Positions 1-8,447 are shown, counted from the stretch's first letter. The stretch is DNA of 32,000 bases from Candidatus Methylomirabilis limnetica (GCF_003044035.1 NZ_NVQC01000022.1:270001-302000), one strand, 5' to 3'. Translations and numbers: made by a program. The notes: generated from the sequence alone by a model not told the origin.

Positions 1-84
1 CCGCCATGAATTGCTCTTTAGGCGCAATGCTGTTCTACGGGGGCAGTGCTGGGGTGTCACGCAGCCGAAAGCGCGCATCACCCC

Positions 85-117
85 CTACTCCCCGCAGCAC
101 CGTTTCGCCGGCAGGCG
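85..117. repeat. Direct repeat copy 1: a duplicate of the 3-prime end of the SEC-C motif ORF (core CCCCGCAGCACCGTTTCGCC)
   Basis: The 20-nt core is identical to 764-783. The shared flanks CCCTACTC and CAGGC are also present. It lies just downstream of the DUF4258 cassette on the minus strand. Confidence 0.7.
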
Positions 118-145
118 GCGACGAGGGCGAGGAAGTTTGGAAAGA

Positions 146-361
146 CTACGCCGCAACGGGGGTGAGACGAAAGACCCGAGCTAACTTGCTCGCCGTCGCG
201 AGATCGCATCGCCGTAATGCCTCCCGCACCTCATCCAATTTCCGGGCATCCTCCATGGATAAATATGGCGTCCATCCTTCTTCCGAATCGAGCAATTTCA
301 CCTCGACTTCAGCAACATACTCCCCTTCATGTACAAGCTTGGTATGACGTCGGATGGTCAT
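146..361 (-). CDS. Small putative antitoxin partner of the DUF4258 gene (71 aa, MTIRRHTKLVHEGEYVAEVEV...)
   Basis: The internal ATG at 359-361 overlaps the stop of the upstream ORF by 4 nt (ATGA). The track ORF 146..511 was trimmed to this start. The family was not recognised. Confidence 0.55.
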   Translation of the reverse strand: MTIRRHTKLVHEGEYVAEVEVKLLDSEEGWTPYLSMEDARKLDEVREALRRCDLATASKLARVFRLTPVAA

Positions 362-681
362 ACTGTCCTCCTCAGGAAATCGCTGGTCCATTGAGCCGGA
401 TCGGGTCGGTATGCAGTGACCACAACGGCAGGTGAGGAGGCATACCGAGGAATCCCCCAAACGACATGGATCGGCTGGCCCCGCTGATCTCGCTGTAAGA
501 CCAGCACACATGGCCCTCTGAAATAGTCCGGATAATCTTCAACCACCATTGCATCCTGCACACCGGCCAGAATATCTTTGATAAGGATGCCGTCAGCAGC
601 TAGCTCATCGTAGCCATGCGCCGAAACCTTGACCTCCTGACGGGCCACCAACTCCTGGACCAACTGTAAGGTGTGACTCAC
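358..681 (-). CDS. DUF4258-family toxin-like protein (107 aa)
   Basis: The pattern SAHGYDELAADGI...VVEDYPDYFRGPCVLVL...PIHVVWG...VVVTAYRPDPAQWTSDFLRR matches the DUF4258 layout. It is translationally coupled to the small downstream ORF. Confidence 0.7.
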   Translation of the reverse strand: MSHTLQLVQELVARQEVKVSAHGYDELAADGILIKDILAGVQDAMVVEDYPDYFRGPCVLVLQRDQRGQPIHVVWGIPRYASSPAVVVTAYRPDPAQWTSDFLRRTV

Positions 682-744
682 GAACTCATATTCTCATTCA
701 AAACCGTAACGATCAATAGAATTTCGAGAAGGCTTCATAAATCT

Positions 745-790
745 CCCTACTCGCCCCCTCACCCCCCGCAGCACCGTTTCGCCTTCAGGC
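745..790. repeat. Direct repeat copy 2 (the resident 3-prime end of the SEC-C motif ORF)
   Basis: Contains CCCTACTC...CCCCGCAGCACCGTTTCGCC..CAGGC. On the minus strand this encodes ..LKAKRCCGG stop. Confidence 0.7.
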
Positions 791-938
791 CACTGCCGCA
801 CGGGCAGGGGTCATTCCTCCGATCGATCCCCCCACAGTCTGAGGCTCGGGGCGGCCCCACACCAGGGCGATCGCCCCAAAGTAGAGCAGCAGTGCAAAGA
901 AGCCCCAGCCCATGAACTCGAGGAAGACGTAGTCCCAT
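759..938 (-). pseudogene. 59-codon ORF ending in a SEC-C metal-binding motif (RNDPCPCGSGLKAKRCCGG); probably a remnant or frameshifted gene
   Basis: My own minus-strand translation. The CPCGSG-x-K-x-K-x-CC signature is clear. A second frame over the same DNA encodes a TM-like segment (MGWGFFALLLYFGAIALVW), which suggests a frameshift. The ATG lies inside a REP flank. Confidence 0.35.
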
Positions 939-979
939 CTGAGATCGTCGGGTTACGCTGCGCTAACCCGACCTACGCC
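931..979. repeat. REP-like hairpin family A, copy 1 (GTCGGGTTA-cgctgcgc-TAACCCGAC plus a conserved flank CCATCTGAGATC)
   Basis: Perfect 9-bp stem. About 45 nt are shared with 9641-9688. An inverted relative lies at 25818-25847. Confidence 0.7.
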
Positions 980-1010
980 CTGGCTGGGACAAGTAATACG
1001 CGTGTTACAG

Positions 1011-1054
1011 AGGGGAAGACCAAGAAAGGATCTCAATAAATAGTGTCTGTCCCT
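1011..1054. repeat. Repeat family B, solo copy (GAAGACCA..CAATAAATAGTGTCTGTCCCT)
   Basis: About 36 of 44 nt are identical to 9549-9592, which is the right end of the RAYT remnant. The 21-nt core is identical. Confidence 0.65.
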
Positions 1055-1090
1055 ATTTAACGTCCTGAGGCTGGGCGACGCTCGTTTGAC

Positions 1091-1321
1091 ATGCAACTCA
1101 CCTCCCTCTCGCTCCCACCTGCCATGCTCCAAGAGGCTGAGCGTTTCGCAAAGAAGGAGGGGAGAACTAAGAGCGAGCTCTTCCGCGAAGCGCTCCGACG
1201 GTACCTCCAGGAACAGCGGTGGGCAGCGCTTCGCGGGTACGGCGCCCAACAGGCGCATAAGCTCGGCGCTAAAGAGACTGACGTTGAGCGTCTCATTGCG
1301 GAGTATCGGAAAGGCCGGTAG
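1091..1321 (+). CDS. Ribbon-helix-helix (CopG/Arc-like) antitoxin, 76 aa
   Basis: The N-terminus LSLPPAMLQEAERFAKKEGRTKSELFREALRRYL is a typical RHH motif. Its stop overlaps the GTG start of the PIN gene by 1 nt. Confidence 0.8.
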   Translation: MQLTSLSLPPAMLQEAERFAKKEGRTKSELFREALRRYLQEQRWAALRGYGAQQAHKLGAKETDVERLIAEYRKGR

Positions 1322-1737
1322 TGCGGGCGGTAGCCGACACCGATGTTTACATCTTTGCCCTCAACTTCGGCGGCACATCCGAGGAGATCTTAGGACTCGG
1401 GAGGGCCAGGACCATCCAGCTCTTCATTTCCCCTTCGATCCTCGAAGAGATCGAGGAGGTTCTGCTCCGGAAATTCTACTGGTCCGCCAGGAACATCCGC
1501 GAGGCCACTACCGCCATCCAGGAGCTTGCGCAGCTCATCCATCCTCGCGAGGCAATCCACCTCATCACCGAGGATGAACCGGACAACCGTATCCTGGAGT
1601 GCGCCGTAGAGGCTAACGCTGATTGTGTAATTACCGGCGATCGGCATCTCCGACAACTGAAGACGTTTCGGGGTATCCCCATCGTAAACTCTAGAGAATT
1701 TATAGGAGCCTACGGAGCCAGAGATCTCGGCGGTTGA
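1321..1737 (+). CDS. PIN-domain toxin (TIGR00305-like PIN family), 138 aa
   Basis: Carries ADTDVYI near the N-terminus, SPSILEEIEEVLLRKF, DEPDNRILECAVEANADCVITGDRHL and the PIN acidic residues. It is coupled to the RHH gene. Confidence 0.85.
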   Translation: MRAVADTDVYIFALNFGGTSEEILGLGRARTIQLFISPSILEEIEEVLLRKFYWSARNIREATTAIQELAQLIHPREAIHLITEDEPDNRILECAVEANADCVITGDRHLRQLKTFRGIPIVNSREFIGAYGARDLGG

Positions 1738-1964
1738 GTGAGATCCAAGGACAGAGGAGCGCCTCGTCCTGGCCCACCTCTTCGCCCCCGCCGGCTCCCC
1801 AGCCGCCCTAGCCTCCCACGATCCAGCGAGCAGTGGACCGTCGCATCGCTCTCCTGCTCCAGAATCTCCGCCACCGACATCGCCTCCTCGCTCTGCTTCC
1901 CCATCCGAAATGGCCCCCACCAGGGGGAAAGGAGAGTAGAAGCACTAACGGAAGCAGATGCGTC

Positions 1965-2105
1965 TCAGGGGAACTGGCGGAGGAAGCGCAGGTCGTTGCC
2001 GTGGAAGAGGCGGATATCGTCGATACTGTACTTGAGCATGGCGACGCGCCGGTATTGCGTCTCTAGAATTGACCGGAATTGAGAATTGGATGGTCCCGCC
2101 AGAGA
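1965..2105 (-). pseudogene. Copy A of a thrice-repeated gene-end module (..VAMLKYSIDDIRLFHGNDLRFLRQFP stop); possibly the C-terminal remnant of a PIN-like toxin
   Basis: My own translation. The open frame begins right after the hicB stop and has no start codon. 1963-2018 is 54/56 nt identical to 6506-6561. The upstream part resembles 8881-8910. Confidence 0.4.
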
Positions 2106-2318
2106 CTAGGCGAAGATCAGTCGCCGTCCTTTCGGGACGGGAATAGGATCACCGAATTCTGTGGCCGTGTCAATCCAGAGGCAGATGGCGTCTTGAGCAT
2201 TGGCCAGTGCGGCCTCGTGCGTCGCCCCATGCGCCGAACAGCCCGGCAATTCGGGCACCTCTGCGACAAATACCTGATCCTCTTCACTCCAGTAGATGAT
2301 CACTTCGTACTTGTTCAT
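2106..2318 (-). CDS. hicB: HicB-family antitoxin (70 aa from MNKYEVIIYWSEED...)
   Basis: YEVIIYWSEEDQVFVAEVPELPGCSAHGATHEAALANAQDAI is the UPF0150/HicB N-domain pattern. The ATG at 2318 overlaps the hicA stop (ATGA). The track ORF was trimmed to this start. Confidence 0.85.
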   Translation of the reverse strand: MNKYEVIIYWSEEDQVFVAEVPELPGCSAHGATHEAALANAQDAICLWIDTATEFGDPIPVPKGRRLIFA

Positions 2319-2569
2319 GGCTCCTGCCCTCCAAGCCGATACTTCAGGATCACGGCCCGCACCTGACACACCTGGTATGGCTTTGCCTCACTTCCCTCCC
2401 GCTGGAGGTTGATCTTCTCCTCTACTCCTGCTTTGCGAAAGATGTGATGACCGCCGCGTACTCGCATCTCAAAACCGAGGCTCCTGAGCAACTGGCACAG
2501 ATCGTCAAACCGAATGTTCGCGTCGGAAGCTCGGCTGAGAACGCGCTCCAGCGCCTTTTCCATGCTCAT
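2315..2569 (-). CDS. hicA: HicA-family mRNA interferase toxin, 84 aa
   Basis: FDDLCQLLRSLGFEMRVRGGHHIFRK...KPYQVCQVRAVILKY matches the HicA/YcfA signature. The hicA-then-hicB gene order is canonical. Confidence 0.85.
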   Translation of the reverse strand: MSMEKALERVLSRASDANIRFDDLCQLLRSLGFEMRVRGGHHIFRKAGVEEKINLQREGSEAKPYQVCQVRAVILKYRLGGQEP

Positions 2570-2722
2570 GGAGGCATTCTACGCTGATCGCAATCTGTTG
2601 TCGATCCATATGACGACAGGGCTAAGCGGCGCACGAGCGGACACCAGCAAACGGCCCCTCAGCCAAAGAGCCCTACCACACGCTGACACTACGCAGAGGC
2701 CGAGATAGCTTTGATGACCTGA

Positions 2723-2945
2723 AATGAACTACCCCGCAGCAAGCCGCGGGGTATCGTCTTCTGTTCTGACCCGTCATTCCGTGCTTGACAAGCCTGCCCC
2801 GTACTTGATACGGGGGAATCTAGTCGGACCCTCTGGATACCGGCGCCTGCCCCGGACTCCGATCCGGGGTCCGCCGGGTATGACGAACTCGCGGCAAGCC
2901 ACGGGGAATAAACCCTCTGTGGATTCGCCTCCTTTCTCAGGTAAT
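2723..2945. repeat. REP-rich intergenic region. It includes the family D hairpin (AATGAACTACCCCGCAGCAAGCCGCGGGGTAT, 2723-2755).
   Basis: The CCCCGC/GCGGGG stem is present. About 30 of 33 nt match the reverse complement of 28607-28640. The rest consists of hairpin-prone GC-rich motifs of the kind that give spurious ORFs (track ORF 2724..2963). Confidence 0.6.
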
Positions 2946-2949
2946 CGCC

Positions 2950-5817
2950 CTACTTCATCTTGATTCGAATGTTCTTCTGATGACTGGAGCCGCCGCTCGA
3001 AGTCACCTGTGCAACAAAGTCGAAGGCACCGGCAGCCGCGGGTGTCCCGGAGACCTGTCCAGTACCCGGATCAAGGGTGAGGCCCGGTGGAAGCGCCCCA
3101 CCGACCACACTGAAGGCAAGGGGCGCGATCCCACCCTTCGTCTTCAGCGTGGATGAGTACGGTATCCCAACTGTACCCCCTCTCAGTTTTTTGGTCTTGA
3201 TCTTCACACTCTTGACGATCTGGAGAGAGAGATTCTTCGTCGCTAAGGCATATGTCGCATCCGTCACCTGGACGGTAAAGGTCGCGGTCTTGGCCTTCGT
3301 CGGAACCCCGGTGAGGATACCGTCCGAAGTCAGCGTGAGGCCCTGAGGCAGCTTGTTCTTCTTGCCCCCACCCAGGCTCCAGGTGTAAGGGGGCGTTCCG
3401 CCTTCCGCCAGCAACGCATACCCGTAGGCGGCTCCCTGCTCTCCTGCGGGCGGGGAGGTAGTCGAGATGGTCAGCGGTCCAATGACGGTGGCCGTGAAGG
3501 TGGCCGTACAGGTTTTGGCCGCATCCAGAGTGACGGTCCCATCGGCGGCGCAGTTCCCACCCCAGCCGACGAAGATGGAGAGGGGATCGGGGATCGCGGT
3601 GAGGCTGACCGGCGTGCCACTAGCGTAACTCTCACTGCAGTCCGCGCCGCAATCGATCCCTGCTGGGGCGCTGGTCACGGTGCCGGTCCCCGTGCCTGCC
3701 TTGGTCACGGTGAGGGTCGGGCTCACCGCCGCCCGCAGCCCCAGATCCACGTCGGTCAACTCTACCCCGTTGGCGCTGGCACCGAAGCCATCGAGGCGGA
3801 AGGTAATGCGGTGGGTCCCCGGTGGGAGGGGGCCCTCGACGCTGCCGATGTAGATCTCCTCCGTTTCCGGTGAGGACGGCGTCACGTAGCGCTGGTCGAT
3901 CTCGCGCACCAGGTTGCCGCCCACGAACACCCGGAGCAGCCCCTCGCCCCCAACGGCGAAGCTCCAGTTGAAGCGCAGGGTGTTGGCCGGTGTCGTAGTC
4001 GTGACGTCCACTATGAGATAATCGGTCGCAGTCCCGGAGGTGGCGCTCTCACGCACTGCGAGCGTCTGTTGCAGGACAAGGCCCGTGGCTAAGGACCACC
4101 CCATTTTGATCGAGCTGTACAGGGAGTTAGTCGCTCCCTTAACGGACTCTACGTAAAACGTTGCAACCTGTTGCGTAACTTCTACGTACGAAGGCACCAG
4201 AATCTGGGTGGACCACATGCCCGGCGGGAGAGCGTCTGGATAACAGATTCCGTCCTGCATTATGCATTGCGTGTTCAGCTGAAGGATATGATTCAAAGTG
4301 CCAGGGGCAGGGTTGTCATCGGTGCGCGGATAACTATCCAGAGTGTAACGGTTTTCCACGGATAGCGGGTAGCCCTTCCCGGCGGTACCGTTGATCGGAT
4401 CGTATGCTTTGCCAATGCCGTCCCCCAGGTATCCATCGCCAGAGATCGACTCCCCATAGAACCGGAACGGCCGATCGTGGCGGCAAACCGAAAACTCCCA
4501 CAATATTAGTAGGCTACCGCAGTCTTGGTTTTGGATTATCCTCGCATCGATCCCGCGTGGCGTGACATCGATGTTGTAGGCTTCCTTGAGAAATAGCTTG
4601 GTTCCATCTCCTATACCGAGCGGTGATGTATTGCGTGTATCAACATAGTTATCCGCCCAATTAGCCCAATGACCATACGACGACACCTCCCCCGCATCAT
4701 CGTACGCATCCAGGAACGTCTCGTGGATCGTCCGCGTCGGTCTGTACACCCTCATCCAACGTGATGCCTCCTCGATCAGGTTGGCCCCGGCGCTATGAGC
4801 GATAAAATGGATGTGTTGGTAAGCCCCCTTGTTTAGGGCGATGGCCAACTTCGAACCAAGCAACCCGGCGTTAGATTTGGCATAAGAAGGGAGTCTGATT
4901 CCTCCTCCCACAAACTCCCAGCCTAGCCAGGCCTCAGCGTTTAAACGCCAGTCATACACCCAGACATCCCAGCCGTTGACCTGACACACTATGGCTGAAT
5001 CGTTCTCCTTGACTGACCAGGTGGGGGGGTCGGCCAATCCGAGCTCCTTACAGATAGCCTCGGCCATTTCCTTCACCCAGCTAGAGGCATCCGAGTTCCA
5101 GCCGTGGGTGATCACGACGGCCTTGCCCTCTAGCGTGAGGGTGACCGGCGGGTCCACCGGGGGCTTCGGCTGTTGCGGCGGCGGCGTCAGCTCCTGCGAG
5201 GGCGTCAGACTGATGGATACCGGTGGCGTGTTCGCGATGACCGTCGCCGGGGCGTTGTTTGTCTGGTACTCTGCGAGGCTCGCCGTCACGATGTAGTTCC
5301 CGACCGCAAGGTTCGAGAAAGTCGTCGTCCCGTCCCCCCCGGTCGTCTGGGAGGGCGTGCTCGGCCCCCCGCTCAGCGTCACCGTGGCCCCGGAGAGCAG
5401 CGCGCTCGTGTCGCTACGCTTGACGGTAACAGCAAGGTTGCCGGTAGTCACCGTAGTGACGTAGGTGTAGCCGTTTGTTTTGGTCGCGGTGCCGCCCGGG
5501 GTGGTCACGCTGACATTGACGGCACCTGCTGCATGCGCGGGAGCGACGGGCTGTAATTTGCCGGTCATGCTGTTGTATCCAAAGGTCGCTGCCGTTCCCC
5601 CAAACGTCACCGACGTGGCAAACTGCAAATCTGTGCCGTCAATCGTCACGGTGTTCCCGCCGTCAGTCGAGCCGCTGGTGGGCGAGAGGGTGCTGATCGA
5701 TGGAGGCGTAGTAGCGGCTGCCAAGGATGGTCTTACGGTAGGACTAAGAAGAATCAAACCAAACAATAAAAGATGCAGAAATTTGCTTGTCTGCAGCTTC
5801 AGGTGTCCTCGGGTCAT
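2950..5817 (-). CDS. Large secreted multidomain protein (about 955 aa): signal peptide, IPT/TIG, CarboxypepD_reg-like, alpha/beta-hydrolase (lipase-like, AHSAG), InlB-B-repeat-like and two cadherin-like Ig domains
   Basis: The start was moved to the ATG at 5815-5817 (MTRGHLKLQTSKFLHLLLFGLILLSPTVRPSLAAA). It is preceded by GGGGAGG. Domain motifs: VVITHGWNSDASSW and HFIAHSAGANL (GxSxG), TLTVTKAGTGTGTVTS..CGADC..FVGWGG, and PPYTWSL..LPQGLTL repeats. Confidence 0.8.
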   Translation of the reverse strand: MTRGHLKLQTSKFLHLLLFGLILLSPTVRPSLAAATTPPSISTLSPTSGSTDGGNTVTIDGTDLQFATSVTFGGTAATFGYNSMTGKLQPVAPAHAAGAVNVSVTTPGGTATKTNGYTYVTTVTTGNLAVTVKRSDTSALLSGATVTLSGGPSTPSQTTGGDGTTTFSNLAVGNYIVTASLAEYQTNNAPATVIANTPPVSISLTPSQELTPPPQQPKPPVDPPVTLTLEGKAVVITHGWNSDASSWVKEMAEAICKELGLADPPTWSVKENDSAIVCQVNGWDVWVYDWRLNAEAWLGWEFVGGGIRLPSYAKSNAGLLGSKLAIALNKGAYQHIHFIAHSAGANLIEEASRWMRVYRPTRTIHETFLDAYDDAGEVSSYGHWANWADNYVDTRNTSPLGIGDGTKLFLKEAYNIDVTPRGIDARIIQNQDCGSLLILWEFSVCRHDRPFRFYGESISGDGYLGDGIGKAYDPINGTAGKGYPLSVENRYTLDSYPRTDDNPAPGTLNHILQLNTQCIMQDGICYPDALPPGMWSTQILVPSYVEVTQQVATFYVESVKGATNSLYSSIKMGWSLATGLVLQQTLAVRESATSGTATDYLIVDVTTTTPANTLRFNWSFAVGGEGLLRVFVGGNLVREIDQRYVTPSSPETEEIYIGSVEGPLPPGTHRITFRLDGFGASANGVELTDVDLGLRAAVSPTLTVTKAGTGTGTVTSAPAGIDCGADCSESYASGTPVSLTAIPDPLSIFVGWGGNCAADGTVTLDAAKTCTATFTATVIGPLTISTTSPPAGEQGAAYGYALLAEGGTPPYTWSLGGGKKNKLPQGLTLTSDGILTGVPTKAKTATFTVQVTDATYALATKNLSLQIVKSVKIKTKKLRGGTVGIPYSSTLKTKGGIAPLAFSVVGGALPPGLTLDPGTGQVSGTPAAAGAFDFVAQVTSSGGSSHQKNIRIKMK

Positions 5818-6208
5818 CGCTGGCCTCCCCTTTTTGACGTCTTCCGTTCGGTCGATTCCCCGCTTCCTTCCTAAAACGCGACTACAGTGTTCCCCCCCCC
5901 TGTCCGTCAAGGACAAAATGCTGAGGCTCACCGAATGTAGATGAACAAGCGAGATACGAAGGGAAATACATTCCATCTTGACCCCAGTAAAGCAGAAGTG
6001 CTCTGACCATGAACCATTACATAGGCTCTAGGCAAGCGTGACTGCCTGAGTGCCAGAATACTCTATACTTGCAGGGCTGGTGAGATAGCATCGGCGGCGT
6101 GCCCACCGTCTACGTGTGGGCACGCACAGGCAGATGGGTATGAAAGTTTGTACCGAGACCGTACAACTCACTGGCTCGTCATTGCTCCGAAAGTCCCCCG
6201 CCCTCAGC

Positions 6209-6412
6209 GTAGGAGCGACCCTTGTGGTCGCCCGATCTGGGCAGGCACAAGGCCTGCCCCTACAAGGGGAGGGTGAGGGAGAAGGTGAGGCCTTTCATGC
6301 CCATGAGCGTGCCGCCGGCGCATGGGGTATTGCGAGCGCCCAACGGGAGCGCGGCAATCCCACCGCACTTGCAGTGCGAGATTGCTTCGGTCGCTACGCT
6401 CCCTCGCAATGA
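6209..6412. repeat. Cluster of REP-like hairpins (GCGACCcttgtGGTCGC; GGGCAGGCacaaGCCTGCCCCTAC; CGAGATTGCTTCGGTCGCTACGCTCCCTCGCAATGAC)
   Basis: Perfect short stems are visible. The GGGCAGG..CCTGCCCCTAC motif recurs inverted at 17828-17851. The region gives only low-complexity spurious ORFs. Confidence 0.6.
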
Positions 6413-6507
6413 CGGCGTGAGGGGGACTTTCGATGCAATGACAAACGAGGACGAAGGGTGTACGCGGTTATCGCTGGGAGCGAAGAAAGAGGGAAAGCAG
6501 ATGATTC

Positions 6508-6600
6508 TCAGGGGAACTGGCGGAGGAAGCGCAGGTCGTTGGCGTGGAAGAGGCGGAGATCAGCCGGATATGCCATCAATTCGCGCATGGCTGAGCCGAT
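6508..6600 (-). pseudogene. Copy B of the repeated gene-end module (..AMRELMAYPADLRLFHANDLRFLRQFP stop)
   Basis: My own translation. It is out of frame with the PIN remnant just upstream. It is 54/56 nt identical to copy A. Confidence 0.4.
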
Positions 6601-6887
6601 CCAATCCATACGACTGTGAGATCGAGCCGACGTGCCGCATCTCGCTGTCGTATATCTGCTGTGATAAACGGGATCCGACTCCCGGTCACCGCCTGGAACG
6701 GACGCGCTGAGCCGAGATGAAGGGCGTCGAGCGTCTTTGCTCCACGCTTCTTGCAGACCACGCCCAGCGGCGACGCCCCTTCGGCAAGCTCATGGCAGGC
6801 TCTTACGCTTCTCCTCGCCTTCGGCTCCGCGAACACCTGGCACGGGGACTTGCGCCCCGTCAGTTCTGTGCCATGCCCGGCACACAC
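6576..6887 (-). pseudogene. PIN-domain (VapC-like) C-terminal remnant
   Basis: TLDALHLGSA....IPFITADIRQRDAARRLDLTVV resembles the C-terminal half of a PIN domain. The N-terminal half is replaced by Arg-rich REP-derived sequence and there is no DTN-type N-terminus. Confidence 0.4.
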
Positions 6888-7003
6888 GCCCGTACCACGC
6901 AGCGGGGACGAAACTACCCCAGGCCTACGCCTGCACCACAGGGCTGCAATGCTGCTCTGCCCCCTCCGTTTAGTGCGTTGTTAGGTCGAGCCGCGACGAG
7001 TCC

Positions 7004-7357
7004 TTATAGTCCCAGAACCGCACACAGCAGTCTGTCTACTTCCGCTTGTAACCGTGGGCCGAGGCGCCCCAGACGACGGACGACAACTGAACGTTCCACG
7101 GCAGCCAACTTGTGCATCCGTAAGACCGATGTCACACGCAGACCTGTAAGGGCAAATTCCGGGTGTGTGATATCAATGGAGTAATCGGTGGGCACAAGCG
7201 ACCCGCGCACGACGCTCGAAACCGCTACGAGCACTATGTCCTGGCCAACCTGGCCTTGAGACACAACGACGGCAGGTCGGAGTGAGGAGCCCATCAGATC
7301 GGTGAACGGAAATCGCGTCAGGACAACGTCACCACGAGAGAGGGTCAGGGGTATCAC
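7004..7357 (-). CDS. mazF: PemK/MazF-family toxin endoribonuclease, 117 aa
   Basis: RGDVVLTRFPFTD.....LRPAVVVS......DIVLVAVSS is the MazF signature. Its GTG start overlaps the upstream stop (GTGA). Confidence 0.85.
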   Translation of the reverse strand: MIPLTLSRGDVVLTRFPFTDLMGSSLRPAVVVSQGQVGQDIVLVAVSSVVRGSLVPTDYSIDITHPEFALTGLRVTSVLRMHKLAAVERSVVVRRLGRLGPRLQAEVDRLLCAVLGL

Positions 7358-7584
7358 ACTGGCTCACCGTCACCTGCCGAGTAGATCTCTTCTCCCTCCT
7401 CTTTCCAGAAGTCAAACGCTCTTCCCTGTTCCACTAGGCGCATGATGTCCACAGTCGGCACATCATCGTCTGGCGTCTGCACCATAATCTCCTCCCACCG
7501 CCGTGCGAGCTCAATCAGCCGGTTGAGCTCCTGCTGCGGTAACACCGCCTTGTCACCGATATGTTGGACATGGATCGTCGTCAT
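7354..7584 (-). CDS. Putative antitoxin of the MazF-like toxin, 76 aa (family not recognised)
   Basis: A small acidic ORF that overlaps the mazF-like start by 4 nt. The assignment rests on position only. Confidence 0.6.
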   Translation of the reverse strand: MTTIHVQHIGDKAVLPQQELNRLIELARRWEEIMVQTPDDDVPTVDIMRLVEQGRAFDFWKEEGEEIYSAGDGEPV

Positions 7585-7889
7585 GCTCGTCTCACTCTGC
7601 CTCTATGGCATGGTAAAGTCTAGAATTCGGTGCAGACATCTTCTCTACGATACCGCTTCCGTTGAGATGCCGTCAACAAATAGTCTTCCTTTCCCTTTGA
7701 CGGTCGCCTCTTCCGAAGCCTATCATTCGGCCCTGAGGAGGAGCCTCGATGTCCCAGGCACTGAACGCGGATGACGGTAACCAATTGATTTTACACTACT
7801 AACGTTGGGACAGTAGTGGCTCCCCGTCATAACTGAAAGCTCCCCATCGATGGGCGCTTTAGGCGGGCTCGCTTGGAGGTGATGGAGAT

Positions 7890-8447
7890 CTACGAGGAAT
7901 CTCTAGGCTGCCCGATCAGTCGCGCACAGAATATCTCGACTGTCTTGCGGAAGAGGAAGAGCGCTGTATCTTTCGGCGAAGCCATAAGAGCGGCCGCTGC
8001 AGCCGCCTGAACCGCTTCGGGGGTAAGGTCGAAGCGACGTACGACATATTCCGCGTCCTCCAGATCGAGCTCTGTTCCTCGCCGTAGCTTCGCGATGACA
8101 AAATCGGTCGGATGTAAGAGCCGCACGCGAAGGCCGGGCTGCTCATACATCACCGAGGTCCGATCACGGTATCCAGGAGGCATGGCGATAACCGACCACC
8201 CGGACATATTTTCTCCAAGGTCGGCTGGGATATTGTGCTGCCGGAGAAATTCAACCAAGGGCTCGAGATCGCCCGTCACCTCGCCGTCGACGTCCTGAGT
8301 CGCGCGATCGGCATAGCCGTATGCCTGCAGCGCAAGGCCGCCGACCAGCAAGAGATCGACAGACACGCCGGTCTGGCGTACGTACTCTTCGAGCAGCTTT
8401 GAAAGTCGCTCAGTCGTGAGTCGCGACAAATCGGATCGCCTCCGCAA
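7890..8447 (-). CDS. Minimal nucleotidyltransferase-fold protein (DUF6036/AbiEii-like), 185 aa
   Basis: LLLVGGLALQAYGYADRATQDVDGEV supplies the G[GS]-x9-13-DxD NTase motif. The C-terminus reads HPTDFVIAKLRRGTELDLEDAEYV. The start is TTG and remains uncertain (a second TTG lies 6 codons downstream). Confidence 0.6.
   Translation of the reverse strand: MRRRSDLSRLTTERLSKLLEEYVRQTGVSVDLLLVGGLALQAYGYADRATQDVDGEVTGDLEPLVEFLRQHNIPADLGENMSGWSVIAMPPGYRDRTSVMYEQPGLRVRLLHPTDFVIAKLRRGTELDLEDAEYVVRRFDLTPEAVQAAAAAALMASPKDTALFLFRKTVEIFCARLIGQPRDSS

Noticed and set aside
6-915. Track ORFs 6..347, 217..435, 372..563 and 673..915 as genes
   Set aside because: They overlap the well-supported DUF4258 pair on other frames or strands, or they read through REP and SEC-C repeat DNA. 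Their compositions are Pro/Arg/Ser-rich.
1710-1904. Minus-strand ORF MGKQSEEAMSVAEILEQ.. as an antitoxin remnant downstream of repeat copy A
   Set aside because: Only a faint resemblance to Phd/YefM-type N-termini. The remainder is Gly/Arg-rich and overlaps the PIN gene end, so it is not supportable.
5818-6125. Promoter (TTGACG-18-TGTAGT) and an 8-bp hairpin (GTGCCCAC..GTGGGCAC at about 6100-6123) upstream of the large secreted protein gene
   Set aside because: The -10 hexamer is poor and nothing else supports it. The hairpin is real in sequence but its role is unknown. Not enough evidence to list as features.
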